DNA from: Candidatus Woesebacteria bacterium
GTDB taxonomy: Bacteria; Patescibacteriota; Microgenomatia; UBA8517
DNA length: 64,000 bases
NCBI GenBank assembly: GCA_963784785.1
Contig: CAWASW010000007.1
Location: forward strand, 66,394-130,393
Reading direction: 5' to 3'
Shown: positions 9,903 through 19,568 of the stretch, one piece after another
How positions within the stretch are numbered: the stretch's first letter is position 1
Layout: each line of letters opens with the position of its first letter
Position numbers and translations under genes: made by a program
The notes under the pieces: generated by a model
Told to the model about the DNA's origin: nothing
Database searches by the model: none
What the model saw: the letters and a program-made list of their open reading frames with translations, nothing else

Positions 9903-10565
9903 TTATTTTACTATCCTCCCATCACGAATTACTATCGTTCTATGCGCATACTCAGCAATATCTGGTTCATGTGTAATCATAATTATTGTTTTTCCTTCTT
10001 TGTTTAATTTTGTAAATATATCCATAATTTCGGCTGCCTGATTACTAGCAATGTTTCCTGTAGGTTCATCAGCTAATATTATTGCAGGATTTAAAACAAG
10101 ACTCCTTGCGATTGCCACTCTTTGTTGTTGGCCACCTGATAATTGCGCAGGAGTATTTTCAAATCTATCTGCGAGCCCGACCATAGTTAAATATTTTTTA
10201 GCAATTTCTAATCTTTTTTCTTTTGGAGTTCCTGCGTATGCCATAGGTAGCATTACATTTTTCATTGCTGAAGTTCTTGGAAGCAAATTAAAAGCTTGAA
10301 AAACAAATCCTATTTTTCTGTTTCTAATATCAGATAATTGATCGTCATCTAGATTTTCAACATTCTCCCCATCTAATACATATGAGCCCAACGACGGTTT
10401 ATCAAGAGCTCCCAAGATATGCATAAGTGTTGATTTTCCACTTCCAGAAGGGCCCATTATAGCTACAAATTCACCTCTCTTAATATCAAAAGATATATTA
10501 TCTAGTGCTTTAATTTCGATATCCCCAGTTCTGTAAATTTTTGAAACATTTTTTACTTGAATCAT
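9903..10565 (-). CDS. ABC transporter ATP-binding protein (MacB/LolD type)
   Basis: GPSGSGKST, LSGGQQQRVAIARSL, ILADEPTGN; its start overlaps the adaptor stop (ATGA). Confidence 0.9.
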   Translation of the reverse strand: MIQVKNVSKIYRTGDIEIKALDNISFDIKRGEFVAIMGPSGSGKSTLMHILGALDKPSLGSYVLDGENVENLDDDQLSDIRNRKIGFVFQAFNLLPRTSAMKNVMLPMAYAGTPKEKRLEIAKKYLTMVGLADRFENTPAQLSGGQQQRVAIARSLVLNPAIILADEPTGNIASNQAAEIMDIFTKLNKEGKTIIMITHEPDIAEYAHRTIVIRDGRIVK

Positions 10566-11601
10566 CTTGGAAAACCACCACCCATTCCGCTGAATACTGA
10601 TTTTGTAGTTGTAGTTGTCCTAGTATTTGTAGTACCTGTAATTACAGTTTGGCCCTCTGTAAGACCTGATTTAATCACAGTTTCAGTATCAGATGAAATC
10701 CCAACTTCGACATCAATATTCTTTTCTTTACCGTTTGACATAGTCTTTGCCTGTGTCTCTCCATTTGCTGTAATTAGACTTCATCAAGCTTTATATTAAC
10801 TCCATAGCTTGTGACGTTTGATGAGGTTGTACCAATCCTATCAACTGTTGCAACAACACCTGTAAAGGTTTTTTCCGTAATTGAATCAAAAGAGATAGTT
10901 GCCTTTTGCCCAATTTTTATTTTTGGAACATCAGTTTCACTAGCAGTTACATTAACAACAGGTGTCGCGTTATTCTCAATAGTTGCAATGCGTTGAGCAG
11001 TTATGACCATTCCTTCAACAATATTTATATTCGAGATTGTTCCAGTATAGGGAGCCACAATAACAGGCGAAGTCTGTTAATAAGAAAGCCTAGCCTGAGC
11101 TAAATTATTATAAGCATTATCATTTGCTACCTCTGCTTTTGTTCTGGTTTCCTTCATGGCCAAGGTTTCATCCGCTTCGTGACCTTTTATTTGATCATAA
11201 GTATATGCAATAGAGGCCTGAGTTGAACGATAGGTATTTAAGGCAGACTGTAAGCTTGTATATGCTTTTACATTTGCCAGTTCTCCATCTGTATCAGGTG
11301 TTATTTCTGCTATCTTTTGACCTTTATATACTTTATCTCCATCTTTAACATAAACTTTTTTAACAATTCCAGAAGTACTGGTGCTGATTGGTAAAATACT
11401 TGTTGATAATGCTTTACCTGAAGCTGTAATAGTTGAGACTACTGTCCCCTTTGCAACTGTTGCTGTTTGATAACTAGTTTTAGCAACTGAATTCTTGCTT
11501 ACCGAATACCAGATACCACCTGCTATAAGCAATATAATTGATATAGAAACCTTCCAATATGTTTTAGCTAGTAATAAATACTTTTGCATCTCTTTCATCA
11601 T
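10562..11601 (-). pseudogene. HlyD/MacA-family periplasmic adaptor disrupted by an in-frame TAA (11077-11079) and a frameshift near 10775-10800
   Basis: Three consecutive pieces on the same strand: N-terminal TM plus coiled coil (11601-11080), barrel segment VAPYTGTISNINIVEG... in the same frame after TAA (11076-10777), C-terminal VEVGISSDTETVIKSGLTEGQTVITG in another frame ending ATGA at the ABC ATPase start. Confidence 0.6.
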
Positions 11602-11639
11602 ACACCCTGAAGCTTAAATCTGAATACTTAAGAAGAGCT

Positions 11640-11673
11640 TAAAAAAAATACATCCGCATTTCTGCGGATGTAT
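11640..11673 (-). terminator. Rho-independent terminator for the minus-strand gene ending at 11697
   Basis: Perfect 11-bp inverted repeat atacatccgca/tgcggatgtat with a 4-nt loop, followed on the minus strand by a T8 run. Confidence 0.7.
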
Positions 11674-11696
11674 TCGACAATAAAAGATAATCTAAA

Positions 11697-12155
11697 TTAT
11701 CTATCCATCATCCTTGTGCCCATTCCTCGGCCTTCTCCATCGCCTTTGCCAACGGGCCTCATGTATTCACGAAGTTTTGTTTCGTCAATACCCTCGGTTT
11801 TGTACCAGTTTTGCATTTCGGCACGATTTGCTTGCCTTTCACCAATATGTTCCTCCATTTTGGCAAGTAGAGTGGTTTTTTGAGCCTCTGTAATTACACC
11901 ATCTTTGACAGCTTGAGATAGTTTTTCTACTCTTTGAGACTTCATTTCTTCTTGCTTCTCATCTCTTACAGCTTCAAAAACAGCTTCAACATCAGCTTCC
12001 TTGAGATTAAACTTTTGTGCTATTTTTGAAATTAACGATGCATGCATTGGATTATTGTCCGCTGCTAATACATAACTGCTTCCAAAATAGCCAACTGATG
12101 CTATTACTCCCAATGCTAATACGATTGCTAGCGTCTTTTTGTTAATATAAATCAC
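11697..12155 (-). CDS. Small secreted helical protein (DUF2680-like) encoded next to the two-component system
   Basis: N-terminal signal peptide/TM, then a charged helical domain; placed immediately downstream of the HK/RR pair. Confidence 0.45.
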   Translation of the reverse strand: MIYINKKTLAIVLALGVIASVGYFGSSYVLAADNNPMHASLISKIAQKFNLKEADVEAVFEAVRDEKQEEMKSQRVEKLSQAVKDGVITEAQKTTLLAKMEEHIGERQANRAEMQNWYKTEGIDETKLREYMRPVGKGDGEGRGMGTRMMDR

Positions 12156-12186
12156 CCCACTTCATATATAAAATATATTAACTTTC

Positions 12187-13107
12187 TTAACTGAAGATGA
12201 CCTTAAAAGTAGTACCAATTCCTAATTTACTCATAACCTTAATCTTTGCATTGTGATTATCTGCAATTTGTTTAGCAATAGAAAGCCCTAGACCATAGCC
12301 ATCATGACTTCTCGCTTTATCTCCTCTGTAAAATCTATCAAATATATGAGGTAGGTCACTATCTGGCATACCTAGACCGTGATCAGTAATCCTCAAAACT
12401 TTATTTTTTAAACTTATTTCAATTTCATTTCCGTTTCCATACTTTATGGCATTATCTAGCAAAATACCTACTAATTCTAATAAGGAATTGCTATCACCTT
12501 TAATCATAGTCTTCTCCAATTTTGAGGTGACTTTTCTCTTACCAATCGATTCGATAACCACTTCAGCCAGATCAACCTGTCTAACTTCAATTTTTTCGTT
12601 CTGATGTTTATTTAGTTTAAGTAAGTAATTCGATAACTTTGTCATGTTGTTAATGTCATCAAGGTTACTCTTAAGCAATTCTCTTGCTTCAGCAATTGTC
12701 ATTTTATTAGATCTTAGAGCTACCTCGATTTGCAACTTAAGTGATGCAAGTGGAGTTCGAAGCTCATGGCTTGCATTACTTACAAATTCTTTTTGCTCTT
12801 CCATCATGATTTTAATTGGGTCTAAGGTTTTACCAGCTAAAAAATATCCAGATAATCCTGATACTACTAAAATTATTCCATTGAGGGTCAATAACGAAAA
12901 GAAAATTCTAGCCTTTGTTTCGATAATAATATCTGGATCAATCAAAAATGCAGGGTTGGGTTTTGAAATTCTTTGTCTATTTTCAATTCTTGAAAGTTCT
13001 AATGTTGCCCCCTGATAAATTATTGCACTAAAAAACAAAGAAATGACCATAATTATAGCCAGATAATAAATAGTTAATTTTATTCTTGCTTCTGTAAACA
13101 TATTCAA
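12187..13107 (-). CDS. Sensor histidine kinase
   Basis: Two N-terminal TMs, H-box SHELRTPL, G1/G2 boxes DHGLGMP and GYGLGLSIAK. Confidence 0.85.
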   Translation of the reverse strand: MNMFTEARIKLTIYYLAIIMVISLFFSAIIYQGATLELSRIENRQRISKPNPAFLIDPDIIIETKARIFFSLLTLNGIILVVSGLSGYFLAGKTLDPIKIMMEEQKEFVSNASHELRTPLASLKLQIEVALRSNKMTIAEARELLKSNLDDINNMTKLSNYLLKLNKHQNEKIEVRQVDLAEVVIESIGKRKVTSKLEKTMIKGDSNSLLELVGILLDNAIKYGNGNEIEISLKNKVLRITDHGLGMPDSDLPHIFDRFYRGDKARSHDGYGLGLSIAKQIADNHNAKIKVMSKLGIGTTFKVIFS

Positions 13108-13709
13108 TCCATTTTGTACCCAAAACCTCTAACTGTTCTAATTGCGTCTTTCCCTAATTTATTTCTTAAGTATTTTATAAATACTTCTACAGTATTTGGC
13201 AAAATATCTGATTCGTAATTCCATACATGCGCAATAATCTCGTCTTTAGAAACAATCCTACCTTTATTTTTTGTCAGATACTCTAGAAGTTGGTATTCTT
13301 TTTTTGTAAGCCCCAAATCATTAATTAATATTTCTTCGTCTTTAATTTCTTTTGGCCTGCGAGCAAGCGACCGCACCCTAGCTATAAGTTCTTCAAATGC
13401 AAATGGTTTAACCAAATAATCATCTGCTCCAGAATTTAACCCTAAGACTTTGTCTTCGATTTCTCCTTTCGCGGTAAGCATCAAAATTGGTGTATGGATA
13501 CCTTCTTTTCGTAAATCTTTAGAAATTGATATGCCGTCTTTGTTTGGCAACATTAAATCTAAGACGATAATATCGTAACTTTCTGAAATCGCGAGATCAT
13601 AACCGTCAAGCCCATCAAAAGCTAGATCGCAGATCCAAGATTCCTGCTCAAAACCCTTCTTAATTGAAGTTGCTATCTTATGTTCATCCTCGACCACGAG
13701 TATCTTCAT
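13104..13709 (-). CDS. OmpR/PhoB-family response regulator
   Basis: Receiver domain (DD...D...K pattern, LDLMLP) plus C-terminal winged helix (RTVRGFGY); overlaps the HK start. Confidence 0.85.
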   Translation of the reverse strand: MKILVVEDEHKIATSIKKGFEQESWICDLAFDGLDGYDLAISESYDIIVLDLMLPNKDGISISKDLRKEGIHTPILMLTAKGEIEDKVLGLNSGADDYLVKPFAFEELIARVRSLARRPKEIKDEEILINDLGLTKKEYQLLEYLTKNKGRIVSKDEIIAHVWNYESDILPNTVEVFIKYLRNKLGKDAIRTVRGFGYKMD

Positions 13710-13751
13710 GTTTATTTTAATTATACTCTTGAAGCTTAAAATTGACTTAAT

Positions 13752-14810
13752 TTAGAGAGCTAGTCCAAGTGAAATAAGTATCATCATTATTCCAAAACCA
13801 CTACCCAAGATCGTTGGCCACTCCACTCCGGTCACAGGTATCGGTGCAGACGTAGGAGAACTTGATGCGCCAGAACAGTTACAATTAGAGACAGATGAAC
13901 AATCAGGATTCTTGCATAAACCCCTGTAGCAGAATAAACCACTAGCACAATTAGAGTTGCTACCACATGTACCACCACAGGAATTTGGCTCATTGTTAGG
14001 AGTAGGAGTTGCCGTTTGAGTTAGACATCTGCAATCTGTTCGGCTGCTACAGTTAACATTTCTACACAATCCGTTATTTCCTTTTAGATTGTTATTATCA
14101 TAGCATGCTAGACCTGAAGAACAAACAGTTTGTGGATTCGTAGTTAGGTTGCATGATTGGTTACAAGAGACAGTTATAGGAGTTGATGTAACTCTTGGAC
14201 TGGATGTGGCAATCGGAGTTGCGCTAGCGCTACAAATACAATCGCTGTCATTTACGCAGGCAAGTTTTCTACAAAATTTGTCTCTGAGCTTTGAATCTGT
14301 TGCACATATTAACCCATCTGGACAATCAACATTTGTGTTGCATGAGCTATTACATCTACTAGGAGCAGCCGTAGGAGTTGCTGTTGCATGTGCAGTTGCT
14401 GTCGGAGTAGGAGAACTTGGGCATGCAGTCATATTTGAAGTCCAAGAGGCACCATTACAACAGTAGTTACGATCTTTACAAAACTCGATTCTACCTTTCA
14501 TCTGCAAATTACAAAGACTATCTTTTGGAGATCCGTCTGCCTCAGCTGGATGACAATTCCATAGATGATTCTCCGCTCCAGCCACAGGGCACTGCTCAGT
14601 ACCCGCGACAGAACATTGAGGAACCGAAGCCTTTTCAGATATATTCTGCTGCTGTCTCACTAAAATAATGCCAGCTACAACCCCAATAGACAAAACTACG
14701 ATTCCAATAATCGCACTGACTATTTTCCAATTAGTCTTTTTTACAGACTTAGAATTAGATAACCCGACAACTTTTAAATTACTTGAATCCATTACAGATA
14801 ATAATGTCAC
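13752..14810 (-). CDS. Cys-rich membrane-anchored surface protein with three Cys-rich modules and Thr/Pro linkers
   Basis: N-terminal signal anchor, repeated C-x-C modules (e.g. NSCGGTCGSNSNCASGLFCYRGLCKNPDCSSVSNCNCS), C-terminal hydrophobic segment; paralogous to 55907-56674. Confidence 0.6.
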   Translation of the reverse strand: MTLLSVMDSSNLKVVGLSNSKSVKKTNWKIVSAIIGIVVLSIGVVAGIILVRQQQNISEKASVPQCSVAGTEQCPVAGAENHLWNCHPAEADGSPKDSLCNLQMKGRIEFCKDRNYCCNGASWTSNMTACPSSPTPTATAHATATPTAAPSRCNSSCNTNVDCPDGLICATDSKLRDKFCRKLACVNDSDCICSASATPIATSSPRVTSTPITVSCNQSCNLTTNPQTVCSSGLACYDNNNLKGNNGLCRNVNCSSRTDCRCLTQTATPTPNNEPNSCGGTCGSNSNCASGLFCYRGLCKNPDCSSVSNCNCSGASSSPTSAPIPVTGVEWPTILGSGFGIMMILISLGLAL

Positions 14811-14872
14811 AAATCAACACTTGAAATCAATACCCTAAATGCTTTAGCATTACGATTAATTGTACAATTATT

Positions 14873-15217
14873 ATGACAAAATACAGAGAATTTTTCGAAA
14901 GAATGATAACTAGCGAAAAACAAAAATTTGATGCGTTTACAAAACTTCATATGCAATTCAGTATGGACCAAGACAAACTCCAAGAGGAATTTAACACAGA
15001 GGGAACAAAGATTGTTGCAATAATACGCGAGTGGGAAAATAAATTATGCTCCACAAGCGACAAAGCAGGATACGGAGGCTACACCTCAAATCTTTCTGAA
15101 AAATTTTGGGGTGAAATCAGAAAATCCTTCCCACTAATTGATTATGTTGGAGTGATAGTTAAGAAGAAAAGCGCGGATCCTGAAACGGGGTTCAGGATTA
15201 ATAAAATCAATCTTTAA
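14873..15217 (+). CDS. Hypothetical protein
   Basis: ORF only. Confidence 0.35.
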   Translation: MTKYREFFERMITSEKQKFDAFTKLHMQFSMDQDKLQEEFNTEGTKIVAIIREWENKLCSTSDKAGYGGYTSNLSEKFWGEIRKSFPLIDYVGVIVKKKSADPETGFRINKINL

Positions 15218-16457
15218 GGCCAAGCCCTAAAACTTCATCAAAGCTAATTGCTAAATCATATTTGTCTTCACTTGGAATATTAGACTTCAGCATCTCAAAT
15301 AATACAGCCATAGCTTTACCAGTATTTAAATCATCATTAATAGCATCTCCAAACTTTAATCTATATTCTTCAATCTTGTTATTCTTTTCTGTTGACAAAG
15401 TATTTCTCGAACTAGATTTTAGATTATAGATTATAGATTTTAGTTTTTTAAGTCCTTTGGAGGCAGACTCTAAAGACATCCATGTAAAATTCATTGGCTT
15501 TTTATAATGAGCACCCAAAAACAAGTATCTTAAAGCGATTGGGTCAAACCCTTTTTCTATAATATCTGATATTGTATAGAAGTTACCCAGAGATTTACTC
15601 ATTTTAGTTCCATCAACCATTAAAAATGCATAGTGTACCCAGAATTTACTAAAAGGTTTTTTTCCAGTTGCTCCTTCGCTTTGTGCTATTTCGTTTGGAT
15701 GGTGGATTGATAAATGATCTTCACCTCCGGTATGAATGTCAATTTGTTCACCTAGATATTTCATACTCATGGCAGAGCACTCGATATGCCAGCCTGGAAA
15801 TCCATCTCCCCAAGGACTTTCCCAATGCATGGCATGATCAGCAAACTTACCTACGCTCTTAAACCACAATGCAAAATCTTGAGGGTTCTTCTTGTTCTCG
15901 TCTGTCTTCACCTGTTCCCTAACACCTATTCGCTTTTCGTTAATTTGTTGTCCAAACAACTTTCCATAATCCTCAAATTTTGCTGTATCAAAGTAAACAG
16001 CTTCCTCTGTATCATAGGCAAAGCCATTTTTAAATAACTTTTCAATGAGTTCAATTTGATCTTTGATATGATCTGTTGCTTTACAAACAGTTGTTGGTCT
16101 AATGATATTTAATTTGTCCATTGAATCGTAGAAATTCTTTGTAAAAAATTCTGCCACTTCCCAAACAGTTTTATTTTGTTTTTTAGCTCCTTTTTCAAGT
16201 TTATCTTCCCCATCATCTGCGTCAGATACTAAATGACCCACATCTGTAACATTTTGAACGTGATTTACCTTAAAACCATTATGTTGAAGAGTTCTCTTTA
16301 AAATATCGTCCATCACATATTTTCTACCATGGCCGATATGTGCATAATCATAAACAGTCATTCCACAGGTGTAGAGTTTTACTTCATTGGGATCTATCGA
16401 AGAAAAAAGCTCTTTTTGTCTGGTGAGTGAGTTATATAAATACAAATCCATAATCAA
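15207..16457 (-). CDS. cysS: Cysteinyl-tRNA synthetase
   Basis: Class I HIGH motif (AHIGHGR) and KMSKS motif present verbatim; the nearby Cys pattern is typical of CysRS. Confidence 0.9.
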   Translation of the reverse strand: MIMDLYLYNSLTRQKELFSSIDPNEVKLYTCGMTVYDYAHIGHGRKYVMDDILKRTLQHNGFKVNHVQNVTDVGHLVSDADDGEDKLEKGAKKQNKTVWEVAEFFTKNFYDSMDKLNIIRPTTVCKATDHIKDQIELIEKLFKNGFAYDTEEAVYFDTAKFEDYGKLFGQQINEKRIGVREQVKTDENKKNPQDFALWFKSVGKFADHAMHWESPWGDGFPGWHIECSAMSMKYLGEQIDIHTGGEDHLSIHHPNEIAQSEGATGKKPFSKFWVHYAFLMVDGTKMSKSLGNFYTISDIIEKGFDPIALRYLFLGAHYKKPMNFTWMSLESASKGLKKLKSIIYNLKSSSRNTLSTEKNNKIEEYRLKFGDAINDDLNTGKAMAVLFEMLKSNIPSEDKYDLAISFDEVLGLGLKD

Positions 16458-16650
16458 TTGTCAGATTTTATGATATCAAACTTAAAATAAAATTTTAAAA
16501 TATGAATTTGTTCATCAGGAGGTAATCTGCAAGCGACTTTATATTCACTGGAACCTAATTGACCTTGAATTTTTTTTAACAACTTTTTGGGATCAACAAA
16601 TTTATCTTCATTTTGCAATTTGATCCTAATTTTTTGTCCACCTTCTACTG

Positions 16651-17076
16651 TCATTTTAATATTTTAACATCTTTTGGCTCTAAGCGTTTTACCCCTAATT
16701 TATCAAAATCCTTATCGAATGACACTACAATCATTTTTTTTGATTGTATTTCTGGATTTGAAGCTATTAATGCGTCTATAAACTTTACTGAAAAATTTGA
16801 ATATAAATCCAATGTTTTTGAAAAATCATACTTATCAAAAACTTTTAAGTTATTTAACTTTAGGATACTTGACAAACCCCTGTCTATATTGTTCTTAGAT
16901 TCATTATAAGACGAGCCAAGTACCCATACAATTTCTGATAATACTGTTGATGATGTGAAGGCTTTAATTTTCGAGTTTTTGACTAAGTTTAAAAATTTGT
17001 GACATTCATCAAACACTTTTTTGTCCTCTAGTTCCAATACTCTAATAAAAATGTTGGTATCAATAAAATACTTCAT
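16651..17076 (-). CDS. PIN-domain toxin (VapC-like)
   Basis: MKYFIDTNIFIR start and conserved acidic residues typical of PIN; overlaps the upstream antitoxin gene. Confidence 0.8.
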   Translation of the reverse strand: MKYFIDTNIFIRVLELEDKKVFDECHKFLNLVKNSKIKAFTSSTVLSEIVWVLGSSYNESKNNIDRGLSSILKLNNLKVFDKYDFSKTLDLYSNFSVKFIDALIASNPEIQSKKMIVVSFDKDFDKLGVKRLEPKDVKILK

Positions 17077-17315
17077 ACTCTTTTGTAATGAGTCTGCATA
17101 TCTTCTCGAGCCTTTAAGGCATTCATTCCTTTTGGAGCTCTACCAATTGGAGCAATATCTAAGATATCTAATGTTGGCTCAAGATTTATAGACTTCTTTG
17201 TCATAGAAATTGCAATTTTAGTATATGGTTTCATACCAAAAAATTTTCTCATTTCAAAAGGTATTGTAACTTGGCCTTTTTGAGTTAATGTGGCTAATTG
17301 CATTTGCATATACAA
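17073..17315 (-). CDS. AbrB/SpoVT-fold antitoxin (VapB-like)
   Basis: Swapped-hairpin signature TLTQKGQVTIP; 4-bp overlap with the PIN gene. Confidence 0.7.
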   Translation of the reverse strand: MYMQMQLATLTQKGQVTIPFEMRKFFGMKPYTKIAISMTKKSINLEPTLDILDIAPIGRAPKGMNALKAREDMQTHYKRV

Positions 17316-17382
17316 GTAATACTATTACAAAAGTATTACTTTGTCAAGAAGTATTACATTACTACAAAGTAGCAGGTTATAC

Positions 17383-17913
17383 TTATCCACTTGGTGGTAC
17401 TGGTTTTTCAACACGTGTCTCTTCTTTTTTAGCAGCACCTTTTTGTCCCCCACCCATCTTTCTACCTTTCTTGGAGGTTGGCATGTCAACTAACGAAGTT
17501 GTTTGCTGTGCATTTCTATTTCTAACTGCTTGAATTTGTGCCTTTAAAACATCACGCTGTTCATAAGAAAGTTCTGTAAATTCCTCCAATGGAATATTTT
17601 CCCCTTCTTGAATCCTTTTCATCACGTCATTAAATATTTTTTGACGTCTGATATCTTTTAACTCTGATTCCAAGGCCTGAAGATGCCTCCCATCTTGCTC
17701 TGCAACCTGAGCTTTATATTTTGTCTCATCCTGAGGAATCTCAGGATCTGACTTTGCTCCATCCTGAGGACGCTCAGGACCTGCATTAGCGTTTGGTAAG
17801 TTCTCAACTCCTGTTACCTGTTTTGCAGCTGTACGAAGTAATTCCAATGGCTCCTGTGCCATTTGCTGAGCTGATTTTTTAATTGCTTGTTTTACTTGGG
17901 CAGTAGTATTCAT
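17383..17913 (-). CDS. Hypothetical protein with a Lys/Gly-rich C-terminus
   Basis: ORF; low-complexity basic tail. Confidence 0.4.
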   Translation of the reverse strand: MNTTAQVKQAIKKSAQQMAQEPLELLRTAAKQVTGVENLPNANAGPERPQDGAKSDPEIPQDETKYKAQVAEQDGRHLQALESELKDIRRQKIFNDVMKRIQEGENIPLEEFTELSYEQRDVLKAQIQAVRNRNAQQTTSLVDMPTSKKGRKMGGGQKGAAKKEETRVEKPVPPSG

Positions 17914-17920
17914 TAACTAA

Positions 17921-18529
17921 TCATAACATTCTTCGACCCTCTAATGCTTGTGTCAAAGTTGTATCGTCTACATATTCCAAATCAGCACCAGTTGGTATCC
18001 CCATCCCTAGGCGTGTAATTCGTAATTCATAATTCATACTTCGTAATTGTTTTGTAAGGTACATCGCCGTTGCTTCTCCCTCCATTGTTGGATTTGTAGC
18101 AATGACAACTTCTTGAATCTTAAATCTTGAATCTTGAATCCTGTCCAGTAGTGACTGGACAAATATCTCATCCGGTCCAATATTTTCCAGAGGATTAATT
18201 GCTCCATGCAAAACGTGATAAAGTCCTTTGTATCTTCCGCTTCTTTCAAAAGCGATAACATCAAGTGGATTTTCAACAACTAAACAAACCGTATGATCAC
18301 GAGCATCGTCTGAACAAATTGCACAAGGATCACTTTCTGCAATATTCTTACAGACTGAACAAAGTACAGTATCTTTTTTAAGCCTACTTAGATTGTTACT
18401 AAATTCATCTAACTGTGTTTGAGGTACACGAAGTAAATAATAAGTCAGGCGTTGCGCCGACTTCGGCCCAATTCCAGGTAATTTTTCAAATGACTCCGTT
18501 AAAGAAGTTATCGCCTTTGCAATTCGCAT
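17921..18529 (-). CDS. recR: Recombination protein RecR
   Basis: HhH (LPGIGPKSAQRL), C4 zinc finger (CSVC...CAIC) and Toprim domain. Confidence 0.9.
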   Translation of the reverse strand: MRIAKAITSLTESFEKLPGIGPKSAQRLTYYLLRVPQTQLDEFSNNLSRLKKDTVLCSVCKNIAESDPCAICSDDARDHTVCLVVENPLDVIAFERSGRYKGLYHVLHGAINPLENIGPDEIFVQSLLDRIQDSRFKIQEVVIATNPTMEGEATAMYLTKQLRSMNYELRITRLGMGIPTGADLEYVDDTTLTQALEGRRML

Positions 18530-18530
18530 A

Positions 18531-19292
18531 ATGAATTATTATATAGTAAATTATATAAATATGGATACTATCCCAGACTTTCACAATTCAGGTTGGGAAA
18601 CCTCGAGACGTTTTATAAACCAACCAGATATTTTTGGGTCACCTGAATCATATTTAGATGTGCTTCCAACTTACTATGGACGAACCGCACATGATGTTCT
18701 AATTGAAAAAACCAGCAAAGGATTTAGCCGTTTATTGGATCTTGGAGGTGGAGGAGGAATTGGCGCTGTCGGAATACGTAAACGTTTTTCGACAGAAAAA
18801 TTAGATATCTCAGTGATTGGTAGTGAAGCCGACACACTAAAACCATTCAAACTAAGTCCGAGAGAGCTCGACTTTCGTGAACCATCTAAGGATCATTTAA
18901 TAGAAAATAACATTAACTTTCATCAAATTGATTTTACTAAAATCACTCCCGACGACATTGCAAGATTAGGGAGGTTCGATGTAATAACAGCAGTATATTC
19001 AGTTGGATGGATGGAAGAAGCCAAATACAAACTACTACAAAAAATTGAGGGCTTGCTAAAGCCAGATGGAATTGCCTTTGTTGGACCCTTGCAAATATTA
19101 AAAAACATCAGTGACTCATCTTGGCAGACAGAATCTGCGTTTACTTACTTAAACAGAACATATGGAACACAAATTGATATGAGCAATGGTGGCGTTGCGT
19201 TTCAAAAAGACAACAATAAGATACAATTTCCGAATATTTTTGAAACACAAGCAATAAATGCTGCAAGTGAGAGGGTTAAATTACTTTCCTAA
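18531..19292 (+). CDS. Class I SAM-dependent methyltransferase-fold protein
   Basis: Motif I LLDLGGGGG, acidic residue after beta-2 (VIGSEAD), motifs II and III (FDVITAV, LLKPDGIAFV). Confidence 0.55.
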   Translation: MNYYIVNYINMDTIPDFHNSGWETSRRFINQPDIFGSPESYLDVLPTYYGRTAHDVLIEKTSKGFSRLLDLGGGGGIGAVGIRKRFSTEKLDISVIGSEADTLKPFKLSPRELDFREPSKDHLIENNINFHQIDFTKITPDDIARLGRFDVITAVYSVGWMEEAKYKLLQKIEGLLKPDGIAFVGPLQILKNISDSSWQTESAFTYLNRTYGTQIDMSNGGVAFQKDNNKIQFPNIFETQAINAASERVKLLS

Positions 19293-19568
19293 TCCACCTA
19301 GAAGTCCAGATAATCCGCCGCCCATTTCCATCATTTTCTTTGCTGCTTCTTTTTGAACTTTTTTCATTGCTTCATTAATAAGATCAACTAAAAACTTCAT
19401 ATCTTCTCCATCCTTTTTAATGTATCTTATTTTTTGATCTCCTGTCACAGAAACTGACCATCCATTTTTTTCCATGGTTTCGATAATCTTTTCTAATTCC
19501 TTTTGAAGAGCTGAAGCCTGTTGCCTCATTTTATTTAACTCGCCTAATTGTTTAAATTTGTCAAACAT
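19281..19568 (-). CDS. ybaB: Nucleoid-associated protein YbaB/EbfC
   Basis: ~95 aa, with the typical MGG..GLLGGLG C-terminus and the dnaX-ybaB-recR context. Confidence 0.85.
   Translation of the reverse strand: MFDKFKQLGELNKMRQQASALQKELEKIIETMEKNGWSVSVTGDQKIRYIKKDGEDMKFLVDLINEAMKKVQKEAAKKMMEMGGGLSGLLGGLGK

Noticed and set aside
11077-11079. In-frame stop in the adaptor gene as evidence of an alternative genetic code / stop-codon recoding
   Set aside because: The stop is TAA, not TGA. All other genes in the window read normally with code 11, and TGA is used as a terminator in ATGA overlaps (e.g. the adaptor end and dnaX), so recoding is not supported.
16454-16654. 66-aa ORF overlapping the cysS start
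   Set aside because: Short, no recognisable features, overlaps the 5' end of cysS and the PIN gene region. It is probably spurious.
18040-18140. cgtaatt / tcttgaa short tandem repeats within recR
   Set aside because: They are in-frame within a conserved, intact RecR protein sequence and are likely incidental codon-level repetition.
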